A stretch of 64,000 bases of DNA, taken from Caldimicrobium sp. (lineage in GTDB: Bacteria; Desulfobacterota; Thermodesulfobacteria; Thermodesulfobacteriales; Thermodesulfobacteriaceae). The number at the start of each line of letters is the position of its first letter. Positions within the stretch are counted from its first letter, which is position 1. Below the pieces are notes generated by a model that saw nothing but the letters and a program-made list of their open reading frames with translations, was not told the DNA's origin and made no database searches. The translations under genes were made by a program, and so were the position numbers. This document shows positions 1 through 9,350 of this stretch, piece by piece. The stretch spans positions 990-64,989 of the forward strand of contig WYEG01000044.1 of assembly GCA_009903935.1 (NCBI GenBank), read 5' to 3'.

Positions 1-33
1 ATAGTAGACCTAAGGAGACGATAGTTTTACCAG

Positions 34-53
34 CGCCTCCCCGATGGGAGGCG
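34..53 (-). terminator. GC-rich hairpin downstream of dsrP (possible terminator)
   Basis: Perfect 8-bp stem CGCCTCCC/GGGAGGCG with a 4-nt loop, 47 nt past the dsrP stop. No clear U-tract on the minus strand, so the call is weak. Confidence 0.3.
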
Positions 54-99
54 ACCATTAATCTTGGAAGATTTAGAATTTCCATTGTTTAATTAAACT

Positions 100-1278
100 T
101 TATGATTTGATAAAAACGCCTTTTTCTTTTGACTGATAAACAGAGATAGCTATTTTCCAAAGAATAGTTACAATGGTAAAACCTACCGCCCAAGTCCCTA
201 TAGCGATCATAAACTCCGGAAAAGTTGGTATGTATGGGGTTACAGTATGGAAAGGATTAGGTGTGAAGCCACCTATCATCAAGGCAAACCCCTTTTCAAT
301 CCATACAGAAGCAATTACCGCTAAACAGGCTAAAACTAATGCTGTTTCATTACGTCTTAGTGGAGGAATAACAAGCAATACTACTGCAATTAGGGCTAAA
401 ATCATTGATAACCACATTAACCCCACATATTCCGTATGTCCCTCATAACCAAAAAATAGGTAAAGAATTGGTGCCTTATGATGTTCAATCCCGCTGTAAA
501 AAGCTGTAAAGACTTCAAACCCAAAAAAGAGTAAATTAATGATGAAAGCATAAGTTATAATCTTGGCTATGGTATCAATTGCTTTTTGCCCAACATCAAA
601 TCCGGTTAATTTTTTAGCTAGCAGAGCAAGAACTATTAAAAGTGCTGGACCAGCTGAAAAAGCTGTTGCTAAAAACCTCGGAGCCATTATAGCGGTTAAC
701 CAATAGTCCCTTCCGGGTAGACCCTGAAGTAAAAATGCGGTAACAATGTGGATGGATGGACCCCAAAGTATAGCTAAATAAATAATTGGTTTTAACCAGG
801 CAGGATATTTCACTCCTTTGTACTCAGCATGCAAAACCGTCCATCCACAAATCAAATTTAAAATTAAGTATCCAGATAGAACTATTAAATCGTAAAAGAT
901 TATAGAATTTGGTGTAGGATGTAGCAAAACAAAGAATACTCTTGGGGGCTGACCCATAACAACAAAAACAGAAAGCATTGCAACAAGAACCATCCCGACT
1001 GCAAAAAATTCTGCTAAAACTGTTATTTTAGAGAATTCTTTGTAGTTATGGAAATAATATGGCAATACAATCATCACTGCTCCAGCAGCTGCTCCAACAA
1101 AAAAGGCTAATTGCCCGATGTGAAGTCCCCAAGTTAAATCTCTATGCAATCCTAACAATCTACCAGCGCCTATGTGATGTTCTAAATTCCAAAAATAAAA
1201 CGCTATAAGTATAAGAGTTGCTAAAAAACCTAACCATATCCAGTACCGGGGTTTACCTTTCAAGGCATATTCAAACAT
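100..1278 (-). CDS. dsrP: DsrP, NrfD/PsrC-type integral membrane subunit of the DsrMKJOP complex
   Basis: 392-aa polytopic membrane protein of NrfD type. It is the last gene in the conserved M-K-J-O-P order with the four upstream genes. Confidence 0.8.
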   Translation of the reverse strand: MFEYALKGKPRYWIWLGFLATLILIAFYFWNLEHHIGAGRLLGLHRDLTWGLHIGQLAFFVGAAAGAVMIVLPYYFHNYKEFSKITVLAEFFAVGMVLVAMLSVFVVMGQPPRVFFVLLHPTPNSIIFYDLIVLSGYLILNLICGWTVLHAEYKGVKYPAWLKPIIYLAILWGPSIHIVTAFLLQGLPGRDYWLTAIMAPRFLATAFSAGPALLIVLALLAKKLTGFDVGQKAIDTIAKIITYAFIINLLFFGFEVFTAFYSGIEHHKAPILYLFFGYEGHTEYVGLMWLSMILALIAVVLLVIPPLRRNETALVLACLAVIASVWIEKGFALMIGGFTPNPFHTVTPYIPTFPEFMIAIGTWAVGFTIVTILWKIAISVYQSKEKGVFIKS

Positions 1279-1291
1279 ATACCTACCTCCC

Positions 1292-2059
1292 TTAAATGAT
1301 GTAAAATACCATCGGCTTTGTGGTTAATTCAGGTTTTCTAACGATAACTATGTTTTCTGAAATTGCTTTACGAACTGGTGAATTTGGGTCGTTTAAATTA
1401 CCAAAAAACATCTTACCTTCCGAGGCTTCAACGCAGTAGGGTTGCTTACCTTCATCCAATCTCTCGTAGCAGAGAATGCACTTCTCAACTACTCCTGTTG
1501 TTCTTGTTGGATACTCAGGGTTTACCTGTGATAAAAATTCCCGAGGCGGGTAGAAGTTATAGTTACGAGACCCATAAGGGCAAGCTGCCATACAGAATTT
1601 ACAGCCTATGCATCTATGCATATCTTGAACTACAACCCCGTCAGGTCTTCTAAAGGTAGCCTTAACTGGACAAACTCTCACACAAGGTGGATTATCGCAG
1701 TGATTACATAGCAATAGAAACTTCCTTTTTTTAATCTCTTCTGAAATATATTCATGCTCAATGGTAGGGAAGGCTTTCTCAAAGGTATCAACCCAAATCC
1801 ATTTAACCTGTCTAATTGGGTCTGGGATATTTGGAACATTATGTGCTTTATGGCAAGCTTCTATAACTTTTTGAAAGTCTTCATCGGTTTTAAACTGCCG
1901 TGTGTCTATAGCCATTGCCCAACGGACTTTGCTAGCAGGTTTTATCTCTTTTAGAATATCCTCACCTCTTCCAATCAAAACTCCACCGATGGTTGCAACT
2001 GCACTGGTTACTCCTGTAAACCCAATAACTTTTAGAAAATCTCTTCTGCTTATTGCCAT
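1292..2059 (-). CDS. dsrO: DsrO, periplasmic 4Fe-4S ferredoxin-like subunit with Tat signal
   Basis: Twin-arginine signal MAISRRDFLK. Cys clusters CNHCDNPPCVRVCP, CIGCKFCMAACP and CILC. Sits in the dsr context. Confidence 0.85.
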   Translation of the reverse strand: MAISRRDFLKVIGFTGVTSAVATIGGVLIGRGEDILKEIKPASKVRWAMAIDTRQFKTDEDFQKVIEACHKAHNVPNIPDPIRQVKWIWVDTFEKAFPTIEHEYISEEIKKRKFLLLCNHCDNPPCVRVCPVKATFRRPDGVVVQDMHRCIGCKFCMAACPYGSRNYNFYPPREFLSQVNPEYPTRTTGVVEKCILCYERLDEGKQPYCVEASEGKMFFGNLNDPNSPVRKAISENIVIVRKPELTTKPMVFYII

Positions 2060-2436
2060 TTTTTAACCTCCTCTGGAGCAATATGACATCTCCAACAATC
2101 AGGGTGAGCTGATATGGTGGTATGACATCTATCGCAGAATTTTTCCATACTTTTATGACATTTCATACAGGTATTTTGCAAGCTCATCTTAAAAAATTTT
2201 CCTTGGCTGTTGATGTAATAAACTTGCCCTTCTCGAACCTTTTTATCACGCCAATCAAGTAACATCTTCATATGAAAAGCTCTCATGTATTCCCTAGATT
2301 CCACACATTCCTTAGTATCTGAAGGAAGTTCAGGCTTTGGAAGGGCTTTTGCTTTTCCAAAATTCAACCAAAAGGGCATAGCAAAGAATAAAATAAAAAT
2401 TATAATCCCTACAATAACCTTATCGCTGTTGTACAT
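2050..2436 (-). CDS. dsrJ: DsrJ, membrane-anchored triheme cytochrome c
   Basis: N-terminal TM helix plus three CxxCH heme motifs (CMKCH, CDRCH, CWRCH). 128 aa, located between dsrK and dsrO. Confidence 0.85.
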   Translation of the reverse strand: MYNSDKVIVGIIIFILFFAMPFWLNFGKAKALPKPELPSDTKECVESREYMRAFHMKMLLDWRDKKVREGQVYYINSQGKFFKMSLQNTCMKCHKSMEKFCDRCHTTISAHPDCWRCHIAPEEVKKWQ

Positions 2437-2439
2437 GGC

Positions 2440-4056
2440 TTAGACCTCCCCTTCTTTTCCTTTCAAAGGTCTGTATCTAAGGTCAGTCGTTCTTTCCTTT
2501 TCACCTTCCATGATAAGGGCGTTCCCTACCAGTTCATGAACACCAGATACCTCAACCCCAGGCACCCAATAATTCATAAGCGTAGGTAACACTGCTCTAT
2601 CGATTGCGCAGATGCAAGCCAGCGTATTAACTCCATACTTTTTATGGACATACTCAACGGCGTTAGCCCGCGGAAATCCTCCTCTCATCCTCATCTCCAT
2701 AAATTCATCGGCGTTCAAACCTGAACCGCTCCCACAACAGAAAGTCTTTTCCCTTATGGTATTTTCGGGCATTTCTACAAAGTTATTGCAAACATTCTTG
2801 ATGATAAATCTTGGTTCCTCAAAGATCCCCATAGCTCTTGAGGTATTACAAGAATCATGGAAAGTAACAACTAAATGGTCATTCCTTGAAGGGTCGATCT
2901 TTAACTTTCCATGGGCGATGAGGTCGGCTGTAAACTCGCAAATATGAACAATCTTGTTATCTTTAGCATGTTCAAACACGGTTCCGGTAATCGGTGACTT
3001 CGGAACCTCCAAATAATCAAAAGGACCAAACCAGGTATTATGATACTGATGCCAGACTCTCCACATGTGCCCACATTCTCCACCAAGGATCCATTTGACC
3101 TTAAGCCTTTTTGCCTCTTCGTAGATTTTTCCATGAAGTTTTTTGGCAAACTCTAAAGTGTTGAAAAAGCCAAAGTTACCTCCTTCCGAGGCGTAGGTGC
3201 TTATCGTATAATCAAGCCCTATGTGGTGAAACAATAGAACGTATCCCATGAAGGTATAGATACCAGGGTCCGCAAAAAAGTCTGCCGAAGGAGTAACAAA
3301 AAGGATTTCAGCTCCCTTTCTGTTTATAGGGACCTCAATCTGAATCCCAGTGATCTGTTCAATGTCATAAAGTAGATATTCAATGTTTTCTTTAATAGTG
3401 TGTGGTTGAAGCCCTATATGGTTGCCTACGAAATGAGAAAACCGAACGGGCTTCATCGCCCAGTCAACGGCTATACCAAGCTCATGCAAGATTTCTCTCA
3501 TCATAATTGTTACTTCAGCAGTATCTATTCCGTAAGGACAGAAAACGGAACAACGTCTGCACTCTGTGCATTGATAAAAATACAAAAACCATTCTTTTAT
3601 CACATCTTCAGTCAATGGCCTGCCACCAGATAACCTACCAAAAAGCTTCCCAAAGGTGCTAAATTCACCTTTTATTATTGACCTTATAAGCTCAGCCCTA
3701 AGAACAGGCATGTTCTTTGGGTCTCCAGTTCCTAGAAAAAAGTGACATTTATCAGCGCAGGCTCCGCATCTTACGCAGATATCCATAAAAAGCTTGAAAG
3801 CTCTATTTCTTTCAAGCCTTTTTTTGATGGCTTCTCTAACAATCTCTTTCCAATTTTCTGGTAAGGGCCATTTTTCATCATGAGGTTGCCATTTACCAAG
3901 ATGAGGACGCCCTAAATCTTCCATTACCTGGGGTTCAACAGCGTATAGATAACTCCCAGGCTTAAATTCAGGCTTTAAGTCCATCCAATGCTTGGATGGC
4001 ATATCATGAAGCTTTACATCTGATAAAAGCTCATCTGGTTTAGGTAGCTTGCTCAT
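2440..4056 (-). CDS. dsrK: DsrK, HdrD-like iron-sulfur subunit
   Basis: Two CxxCxxCxxxC motifs (CVRCGACADKC, CTECRRCSVFCP) and a CCG domain (FCCGSGSG). I prefer the ATG at 4056, preceded by GGAGGGAAGG, over the GTG at 4071 in the ORF track. Confidence 0.85.
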   Translation of the reverse strand: MSKLPKPDELLSDVKLHDMPSKHWMDLKPEFKPGSYLYAVEPQVMEDLGRPHLGKWQPHDEKWPLPENWKEIVREAIKKRLERNRAFKLFMDICVRCGACADKCHFFLGTGDPKNMPVLRAELIRSIIKGEFSTFGKLFGRLSGGRPLTEDVIKEWFLYFYQCTECRRCSVFCPYGIDTAEVTIMMREILHELGIAVDWAMKPVRFSHFVGNHIGLQPHTIKENIEYLLYDIEQITGIQIEVPINRKGAEILFVTPSADFFADPGIYTFMGYVLLFHHIGLDYTISTYASEGGNFGFFNTLEFAKKLHGKIYEEAKRLKVKWILGGECGHMWRVWHQYHNTWFGPFDYLEVPKSPITGTVFEHAKDNKIVHICEFTADLIAHGKLKIDPSRNDHLVVTFHDSCNTSRAMGIFEEPRFIIKNVCNNFVEMPENTIREKTFCCGSGSGLNADEFMEMRMRGGFPRANAVEYVHKKYGVNTLACICAIDRAVLPTLMNYWVPGVEVSGVHELVGNALIMEGEKERTTDLRYRPLKGKEGEV

Positions 4057-4070
4057 ATACCTTCCCTCCA

Positions 4071-5099
4071 CTAAGCCTGTTTTTGAGCTTCAGCAGTCTC
4101 TTTACACCATTCGTCATCGATAGGAATGCCAGCCTCTTCCATTACATCCCTAAATCTCTCTTGCCATTCACAGTAGGTTGTATACTTCACAGGATAATCC
4201 CATGGATTGATATATCTTTCGGCCCGGTTGTTGTTGGGTAAATTTCTTGTTGGTGAGAAGAAAACGCCAACCATATGGACAAGTTTGCTAAATGGAAAAT
4301 AGGCAGCAAGAACAGATACTAAAAAGAGGTGAATGTAGAATAGAACACCAATCTTATGAGAGGGAAGAACTGGGCTAAAGGTAGCTAAGCCATAAGCTAA
4401 CTCTTTCACGGCCTGGACATCAACCTTAAAGATTGTTCTCATTAAGATTCCACTAATTACAATACCTAATATTAGAAAGAGCGGAAAATAATCCGAAGCA
4501 TGGGAAAGATAGTTTACCTTAGAATCAACAAGTCTACGCAATAAAAGCAAAAATAAACCGGCAAGGATAAAAAGGTCTGTATGATAAATCGGCGGAATTC
4601 CAAGTTGGAAAAATCCATCAACCTTTGCAATGATATCTACTAAAGAGGGAACAGGATGGATAAAGAACCGTAAATGCCTAAGCATGATTACCAAAAAAGA
4701 TAGATGAAAAAGGATTGCCCCTAACCAAAGCCACTTGGCAGAACCATAGATCAACCTCTTACCTACTAAATCTGCTCTCAAATTTCTGAATAAACTTCTA
4801 AAAAGAAAGACTTCAAAGAACATCCTTAGGTAAACTTCCTTCATCGTAAATGGGGATTCAAGCCTACTATGCTTTATCCAAGGAAGACTTTTTTGTTGAC
4901 CGCAGGTTGTTGGAATCTTGAAAGGCTGGGGTGACCTTGCCCAGTCTATAATTCGGTAAATCAACCCAAAAAAGAAGATTAAGAAGGCAACATAAGGAAT
5001 TACTATACCAAAAAGAGGATCTAAACCCAAAAGACCTACCCCTACAACTGGAATAAGAACAAGGATCAAAGTTATTATAAAACTAAAAAAGACATTCAT
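4071..5099 (-). CDS. dsrM: DsrM, NarI/HdrE-like diheme cytochrome b membrane subunit
   Basis: 342-aa membrane protein with about 5-6 TM helices, first gene of the dsrMKJOP order. GGGAGGGAAG RBS lies upstream. Confidence 0.8.
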   Translation of the reverse strand: MNVFFSFIITLILVLIPVVGVGLLGLDPLFGIVIPYVAFLIFFFGLIYRIIDWARSPQPFKIPTTCGQQKSLPWIKHSRLESPFTMKEVYLRMFFEVFLFRSLFRNLRADLVGKRLIYGSAKWLWLGAILFHLSFLVIMLRHLRFFIHPVPSLVDIIAKVDGFFQLGIPPIYHTDLFILAGLFLLLLRRLVDSKVNYLSHASDYFPLFLILGIVISGILMRTIFKVDVQAVKELAYGLATFSPVLPSHKIGVLFYIHLFLVSVLAAYFPFSKLVHMVGVFFSPTRNLPNNNRAERYINPWDYPVKYTTYCEWQERFRDVMEEAGIPIDDEWCKETAEAQKQA

Positions 5100-5126
5100 C
5101 CCGCTTCCCTCCCAGTCTTATTATTT

Positions 5127-5687
5127 TCAATGTTTCTCAGGGTCAAATTCTTTAACCAAAGGCATCCCCTCCATAGGGTCGTAAACTAGCCCTGCTCTCT
5201 TTAAAAGCAAGTAGTTGTTTCTTTTCCATTCTTCGTATCTAATTTCAAAAAGCCTTTCTCTATACTTCATGTAAAAATCAAAGGTAAGGACCATCAAGGA
5301 ATTTATCAAATCTTCCATTAGGAGTAAACCCTCTACCCCAAAACGCTCAAGAATTTCATCACCGAAATTCTCACGAATTATCCCTTTAAGCTTGAGAAAA
5401 GTGCCCATCGCCCTCTTAGCAGAGGGGGCATGCACTGCCAAAAGCTGAGCCAATCTTTCTAAATAAGGTAAAAGCGCATCTAAAGAAAATTCAGGCTTTA
5501 TCTCTTTTAAAATGGAAGCAAATATTTCATCTATTCTTGAAGCTAAAGGATTTTGAAAAGGGTCTACTTCTTTGAGAAAATAGGACTTAGCTTCTTCTTC
5601 AAAAATATCTGAAAAAAAACGCTCTTTCCAAAGTTTTAAAATTTTAGAATGATTTTCCTCAATTATTGAATAAACTGAACCCCTCAC
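5127..5687 (-). CDS. Hypothetical cytoplasmic helical protein, possibly RsbRD N-terminal-domain-like
   Basis: 186-aa soluble protein with a GTG start preceded by AGGAGGGGGG. The N-terminus (ENHSKILKLWKERFF) resembles the RsbRD_N family from memory. It lies directly upstream of dsrM. Confidence 0.35.
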   Translation of the reverse strand: MRGSVYSIIEENHSKILKLWKERFFSDIFEEEAKSYFLKEVDPFQNPLASRIDEIFASILKEIKPEFSLDALLPYLERLAQLLAVHAPSAKRAMGTFLKLKGIIRENFGDEILERFGVEGLLLMEDLINSLMVLTFDFYMKYRERLFEIRYEEWKRNNYLLLKRAGLVYDPMEGMPLVKEFDPEKH

Positions 5688-5711
5688 TCCCCCCTCCTGA
5701 ATCCAAGTTAA

Positions 5712-5740
5712 TGTATAACGGCTAATTAAAAGATTGTCAA
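5712..5740 (-). promoter_or_regulatory. Sigma70-type promoter for the 5687 ORF and dsrMKJOP
   Basis: Minus strand reads TTGACA, a 17-nt spacer, then TATACA. The RBS and GTG follow about 25 nt downstream. Confidence 0.4.
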
Positions 5741-5820
5741 TGAGTAAAAAAAGAAATTATTGACCACAGGCTCATTCTTAAACCAAATTTTTTAATTTTT
5801 TTATTTTTACTCTCAACTTT

Positions 5821-6912
5821 TTAAAAAATTCTATTAAAAAGGGTGGGAAGCTTTCTTAAAAGGTTAAGCTTTTCTTGGTCCCCAAGTTTAATCCTTTCGA
5901 TAATACTTTCTAATTCCTGAATGGTTGCGTCGTAGAGCCTTTTATTTATTCTGTAAGGATGCCCGTCCTTTCCTCCGTGGGCATAGGCATAATGAACTGG
6001 GTCCTTCCTCGAAGCTGAAACCCCGTATATAAGCTCTGCTGTTAGAGTTAGGGCTCGAAGATGCTTTGCCCCCATACCCTTAACCAATAGTAAATCTTCA
6101 AAGGTTTGAGGAGGATTCTCGTAAATCTTAAGCCAGATCTTTGGTAAAACTTCAGCAGGCAAAAATTCCGGTCTTATAGCATGGTCCCTTGTAAAGAGCA
6201 ATCTTTCTCCTACCTTTACTTCCTTTAACACATTTAGAAGCGGTTGATGTAAGAGATTGAGCATCGCTTGCTGAACACTCTCACTTTCCTTGGCTACAAG
6301 ATTTAAAACCTCATCTTTCTTTACATTAGAAAGAATTCCTGAATGAGGCTCAATCGTAAAGCTAAGAATCTTTTCGGAATACCAATGATATCTCCGTGCA
6401 TAGAGGCTTTTTTCGTCCATACCCTGTTGAATGACAGCCCACGAGCCATCATCAGTAAAGATAAAAAGATGAAAATAAAGCTGAAACCCATCCTGGATGG
6501 CGTTGTTATCAACCCTGGCTACAAGCCTGCTGATGGTAATCAAATTCTGTGAGGCTTCAGATAGTCCGCTCTTTTCAGCATAGGTTTCGATTTCTGAAGG
6601 AGTTTGAAGAGCCCTTTTTCCTTTGCCACCGCAGATAAATAAACCAATCTCTTTGAAAAAAGGGGCTAAGGCTTCCTTGACGGCTCCGCCAACCGTTGTG
6701 GTAAGCCCTGATGAGTGCCAATCAAACCCAAGCAAACACCCCAAGGCTTGAAACCAAAAGGGGTCAGCCAACCGTTTTAAAAGCTCTTTTTTCCCAAATT
6801 CTTCAAGGATAACAATGAAGATAGCTCGAGAAAGCCTAACCATTCTTTCAAAAAGCCAGGGAGGGCATTTCCCGCTATGCAAAGGGAGGTCGACTACGCT
6901 TTTTTGGAGCAT
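5821..6912 (-). CDS. DUF763 family protein
   Basis: N-terminal LPLHSGKCPPWLFERM ... DPFWFQALGCLLGFDWHSSGLTTT matches my recollection of the DUF763 signature. Confidence 0.5.
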   Translation of the reverse strand: MLQKSVVDLPLHSGKCPPWLFERMVRLSRAIFIVILEEFGKKELLKRLADPFWFQALGCLLGFDWHSSGLTTTVGGAVKEALAPFFKEIGLFICGGKGKRALQTPSEIETYAEKSGLSEASQNLITISRLVARVDNNAIQDGFQLYFHLFIFTDDGSWAVIQQGMDEKSLYARRYHWYSEKILSFTIEPHSGILSNVKKDEVLNLVAKESESVQQAMLNLLHQPLLNVLKEVKVGERLLFTRDHAIRPEFLPAEVLPKIWLKIYENPPQTFEDLLLVKGMGAKHLRALTLTAELIYGVSASRKDPVHYAYAHGGKDGHPYRINKRLYDATIQELESIIERIKLGDQEKLNLLRKLPTLFNRIF

Positions 6913-7640
6913 CTTAAAAGCCCTAAAGCCCTTTCAATTTCTTGGATTATGATATTACAAGTCTTGACCGGCTCTTCACTTAACCGTATAGGTCTTCCAA
7001 TAACTAAATAGTCTGCCCCACTGAGGATCGCTTCAGCTGGGGTTGCCGTGCGAAGTTGATCCTGAGTATCTTGGGACTCAAGTCTTATGCCAGGGACTAC
7101 AGTAAGAAGCTTCGGCAAATTCTCTTTTATTCTTTTAATCTCTTTTCCTGAGACTACTACACCAGCGCAACCACATTGAGAGGCAAGGAGAGCATATCTC
7201 AAGACTAGCTCTTCTGTTTCTCGAATGTATTCTCCGTTAAAACCAAGCTCAAGAAGGTCAGCCTTGTCTAAAGAAGTAAGGATGGTAACGGCAAGGATCT
7301 TGGGCTTTTCTTGAGCTGCTTCAACTGCAGACTTTAAAGCGTGCCTTCCTGAAAGGGTATGGATAGTTATAAAATCGACATCAAGAGCTTTAGCGGATTT
7401 TACAGCCTGCGAAACTGTATTAGGTATATCACAAAGCTTTAGGTCAAGAAATATGGGGAGGTCCGTTTTTTTTCTTACCTCTTCGATAGCCTTTGGTCCA
7501 TACTTTACAAACAACTCAAGCCCTATTTTAAACATTCCCACATACTCTTTTAATAATTCTACCCAGGAAAGGGCGGTCTCAAGGTCTTGAAAATCAAGAG
7601 GAAAGATGATTCTTCTTTTGGCTTCCATAAAATGCTCCAT
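6894..7640 (-). CDS. pyrF: Orotidine 5'-phosphate decarboxylase
   Basis: IFPLDF ... FKIGLELF ... FLDLKLCDIPNT ... VIGRPI are typical PyrF motifs. 248 aa. Confidence 0.85.
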   Translation of the reverse strand: MEHFMEAKRRIIFPLDFQDLETALSWVELLKEYVGMFKIGLELFVKYGPKAIEEVRKKTDLPIFLDLKLCDIPNTVSQAVKSAKALDVDFITIHTLSGRHALKSAVEAAQEKPKILAVTILTSLDKADLLELGFNGEYIRETEELVLRYALLASQCGCAGVVVSGKEIKRIKENLPKLLTVVPGIRLESQDTQDQLRTATPAEAILSGADYLVIGRPIRLSEEPVKTCNIIIQEIERALGLLRCSKKA

Positions 7641-7741
7641 TACTATCGGTCCTTCTCAATGCTTCCTTTTTGCGGTTCCAAACCAAGTTAGATGTCTGTT
7701 GTTGTCCCTCTTAACTATGTCTGTAGAAATTAAATTCATGT

Positions 7742-7749
7742 TGTATAAT
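7742..7749 (+). promoter_or_regulatory. Extended -10 element (TGTATAAT) close to the xseA ATG; possible leaderless transcript
   Basis: TATAAT at 7744-7749 is preceded by TG and ends 10 nt before the ATG at 7760. No Shine-Dalgarno lies in between, and the -35 is weak. Confidence 0.3.
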
Positions 7750-7759
7750 ACTTTAAAGT

Positions 7760-9094
7760 ATGGAGCTTTTCGGGTCAAGAGAAGAAAGGCAGATCCTTTC
7801 GTTTGACATTCAACCGTTAAGATTTACTGTAAAAGAATTTACGCAAAAGATTAAGCAGATATTAGACTTTGGACTACCTTATGTTTGGATTGAGGGGGAG
7901 GTAGCAAACCTTAGCCATAGTCAAAACGGCAATCTTTACTTTTCTTTAGTAGAGGAAGAGGCAACTATCAAAGCTCTAATTTTTAAAACGGATAAGCGTT
8001 CTGCCCTTGGTGATTTTGAGCTCAAAAACGGGCAGAAGGTTTTAGCCTTCGGTAAAGTAAACTTCTATCCCCGTTCAGGTGAAGTCCACTTCATCGTAAA
8101 AAAAGTAGAGCTCCTTGGTATTGGAAGGTTAATTGCAAAAAAGGAGGCTTTGTTAAAAAAATATCGAGACCTCTTTGCGAGAGAAAAGAAGCCTATTCCA
8201 ACTTTTCCGAGAGTTGTTGGACTGGTTACCTCTCTGTTTGGGGCAGCAATCGAAGATTTCTTAAAGGTAGCAAGGGAAAGCTACGGGGCTAAAGTTCTTG
8301 TTTATCCTGTAAAAATTCAGGGCGAAGGTGCAGAAAAAGAGATACTGCAGGCAGTAAGAGATATAAATGAACATTTTCCTGAAGTTGAGGTGATCGTCAT
8401 TGCACGAGGTGGCGGGTCCTTTGAAGACCTTGCTCCTTTCTACTCCGAAGAGCTTATCTTAGGACTTTCCCAATCTTATGTTCCTATCGTTTCAGCAGTT
8501 GGTCATGAAATAGATGTTACTCTATGCGACCTCATTGCGGATAAAAGATGCTCAACTCCCACCTCAGCTGCTAAAGAGCTATTTCCAGAAAAAGATAGGA
8601 TCCTTCAACATTTGGATTTACTAAAACGAAAGCTTAAAAAGTCTGTTGATATTCATCTCACAGCTTATGAACGGGAATTAGCAAAGACCAAGGTTGAGCT
8701 AATAAAAAGGAGTCCACAGCATAATCTCCAAAAATTAGAGACCCATATTGAAGCTTTAAAGTCTGCCTTAAGGCTAACCCTTATGCAAAGGTTGAATAGT
8801 TTAGAGAAAAAAGCTGAAGAATTGAAACGAAGGCTTTGGGTAAACAGTCCGCAAACAAGGCTTAAGCTTCTTGAGGAGCGGGTAAGAAGTCTTCGGCTGT
8901 TACTTCTTTCACTATCCCCTTTAAAACCCTTAGAAAGAGGCTATGCTTTGATCAAAAGCTATCCTGAAGGGAAGGTTGTTCGAAAAGCTAAAGAGGTTTC
9001 TACCGAAGACAGGTTAGAAATCCTTTTTGCCGATGGAAAAATCGTTGTTCAAGTGCTTAGCGTGGATACAAACTCGGGGGGCTCAAATGAATGA
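7760..9094 (+). CDS. xseA: Exodeoxyribonuclease VII large subunit
   Basis: OB-fold N-terminus (VWIEGEVANLS), catalytic core (VIARGGGSFEDL) and a C-terminal coiled coil. Followed by xseB. Confidence 0.85.
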   Translation: MELFGSREERQILSFDIQPLRFTVKEFTQKIKQILDFGLPYVWIEGEVANLSHSQNGNLYFSLVEEEATIKALIFKTDKRSALGDFELKNGQKVLAFGKVNFYPRSGEVHFIVKKVELLGIGRLIAKKEALLKKYRDLFAREKKPIPTFPRVVGLVTSLFGAAIEDFLKVARESYGAKVLVYPVKIQGEGAEKEILQAVRDINEHFPEVEVIVIARGGGSFEDLAPFYSEELILGLSQSYVPIVSAVGHEIDVTLCDLIADKRCSTPTSAAKELFPEKDRILQHLDLLKRKLKKSVDIHLTAYERELAKTKVELIKRSPQHNLQKLETHIEALKSALRLTLMQRLNSLEKKAEELKRRLWVNSPQTRLKLLEERVRSLRLLLLSLSPLKPLERGYALIKSYPEGKVVRKAKEVSTEDRLEILFADGKIVVQVLSVDTNSGGSNE

Positions 9095-9350
9095 AGAAAG
9101 AGAACTTGACCTTGAGAGGGCTATAAAAGAGGTTGAAAGGATCATAAAAGAACTTGAAAGAAAGGACCTACCTTTAGATGAAGCTTTAAAACTTTTTGAA
9201 CAAGGTTTAGAGCTTATACATCTTTGTGAAGAAAGGCTTAAACAAGCACGCTTGAAGGTTGAAGTAATCCTCAAAAAGGGAGAAAAGTTTGAATTGGCAA
9301 ATTTAGACCTGGCAAAGGAATTGTTTAAGAATGAAGGCGAAAGACCTTGA
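9087..9350 (+). CDS. xseB: Exodeoxyribonuclease VII small subunit
   Basis: MNEERELDLERAIKEVERIIKELE...LPLDEALKLFEQG is typical XseB. The ATG at 9087 overlaps the xseA stop; the longer track ORF from 9027 is unlikely. Confidence 0.8.
   Translation: MNEERELDLERAIKEVERIIKELERKDLPLDEALKLFEQGLELIHLCEERLKQARLKVEVILKKGEKFELANLDLAKELFKNEGERP

Noticed and set aside
173-448. Plus-strand 91-aa ORF and many similar 60-130-aa ORFs in the track (for example 2612-2947, 18669-19055, 38641-39015, 62480-62896)
   Set aside because: They lie entirely antisense to, or out of frame within, long well-supported genes. They have no RBS, and their translations are low-complexity or Ser/Leu/Pro-rich. These are shadow ORFs.
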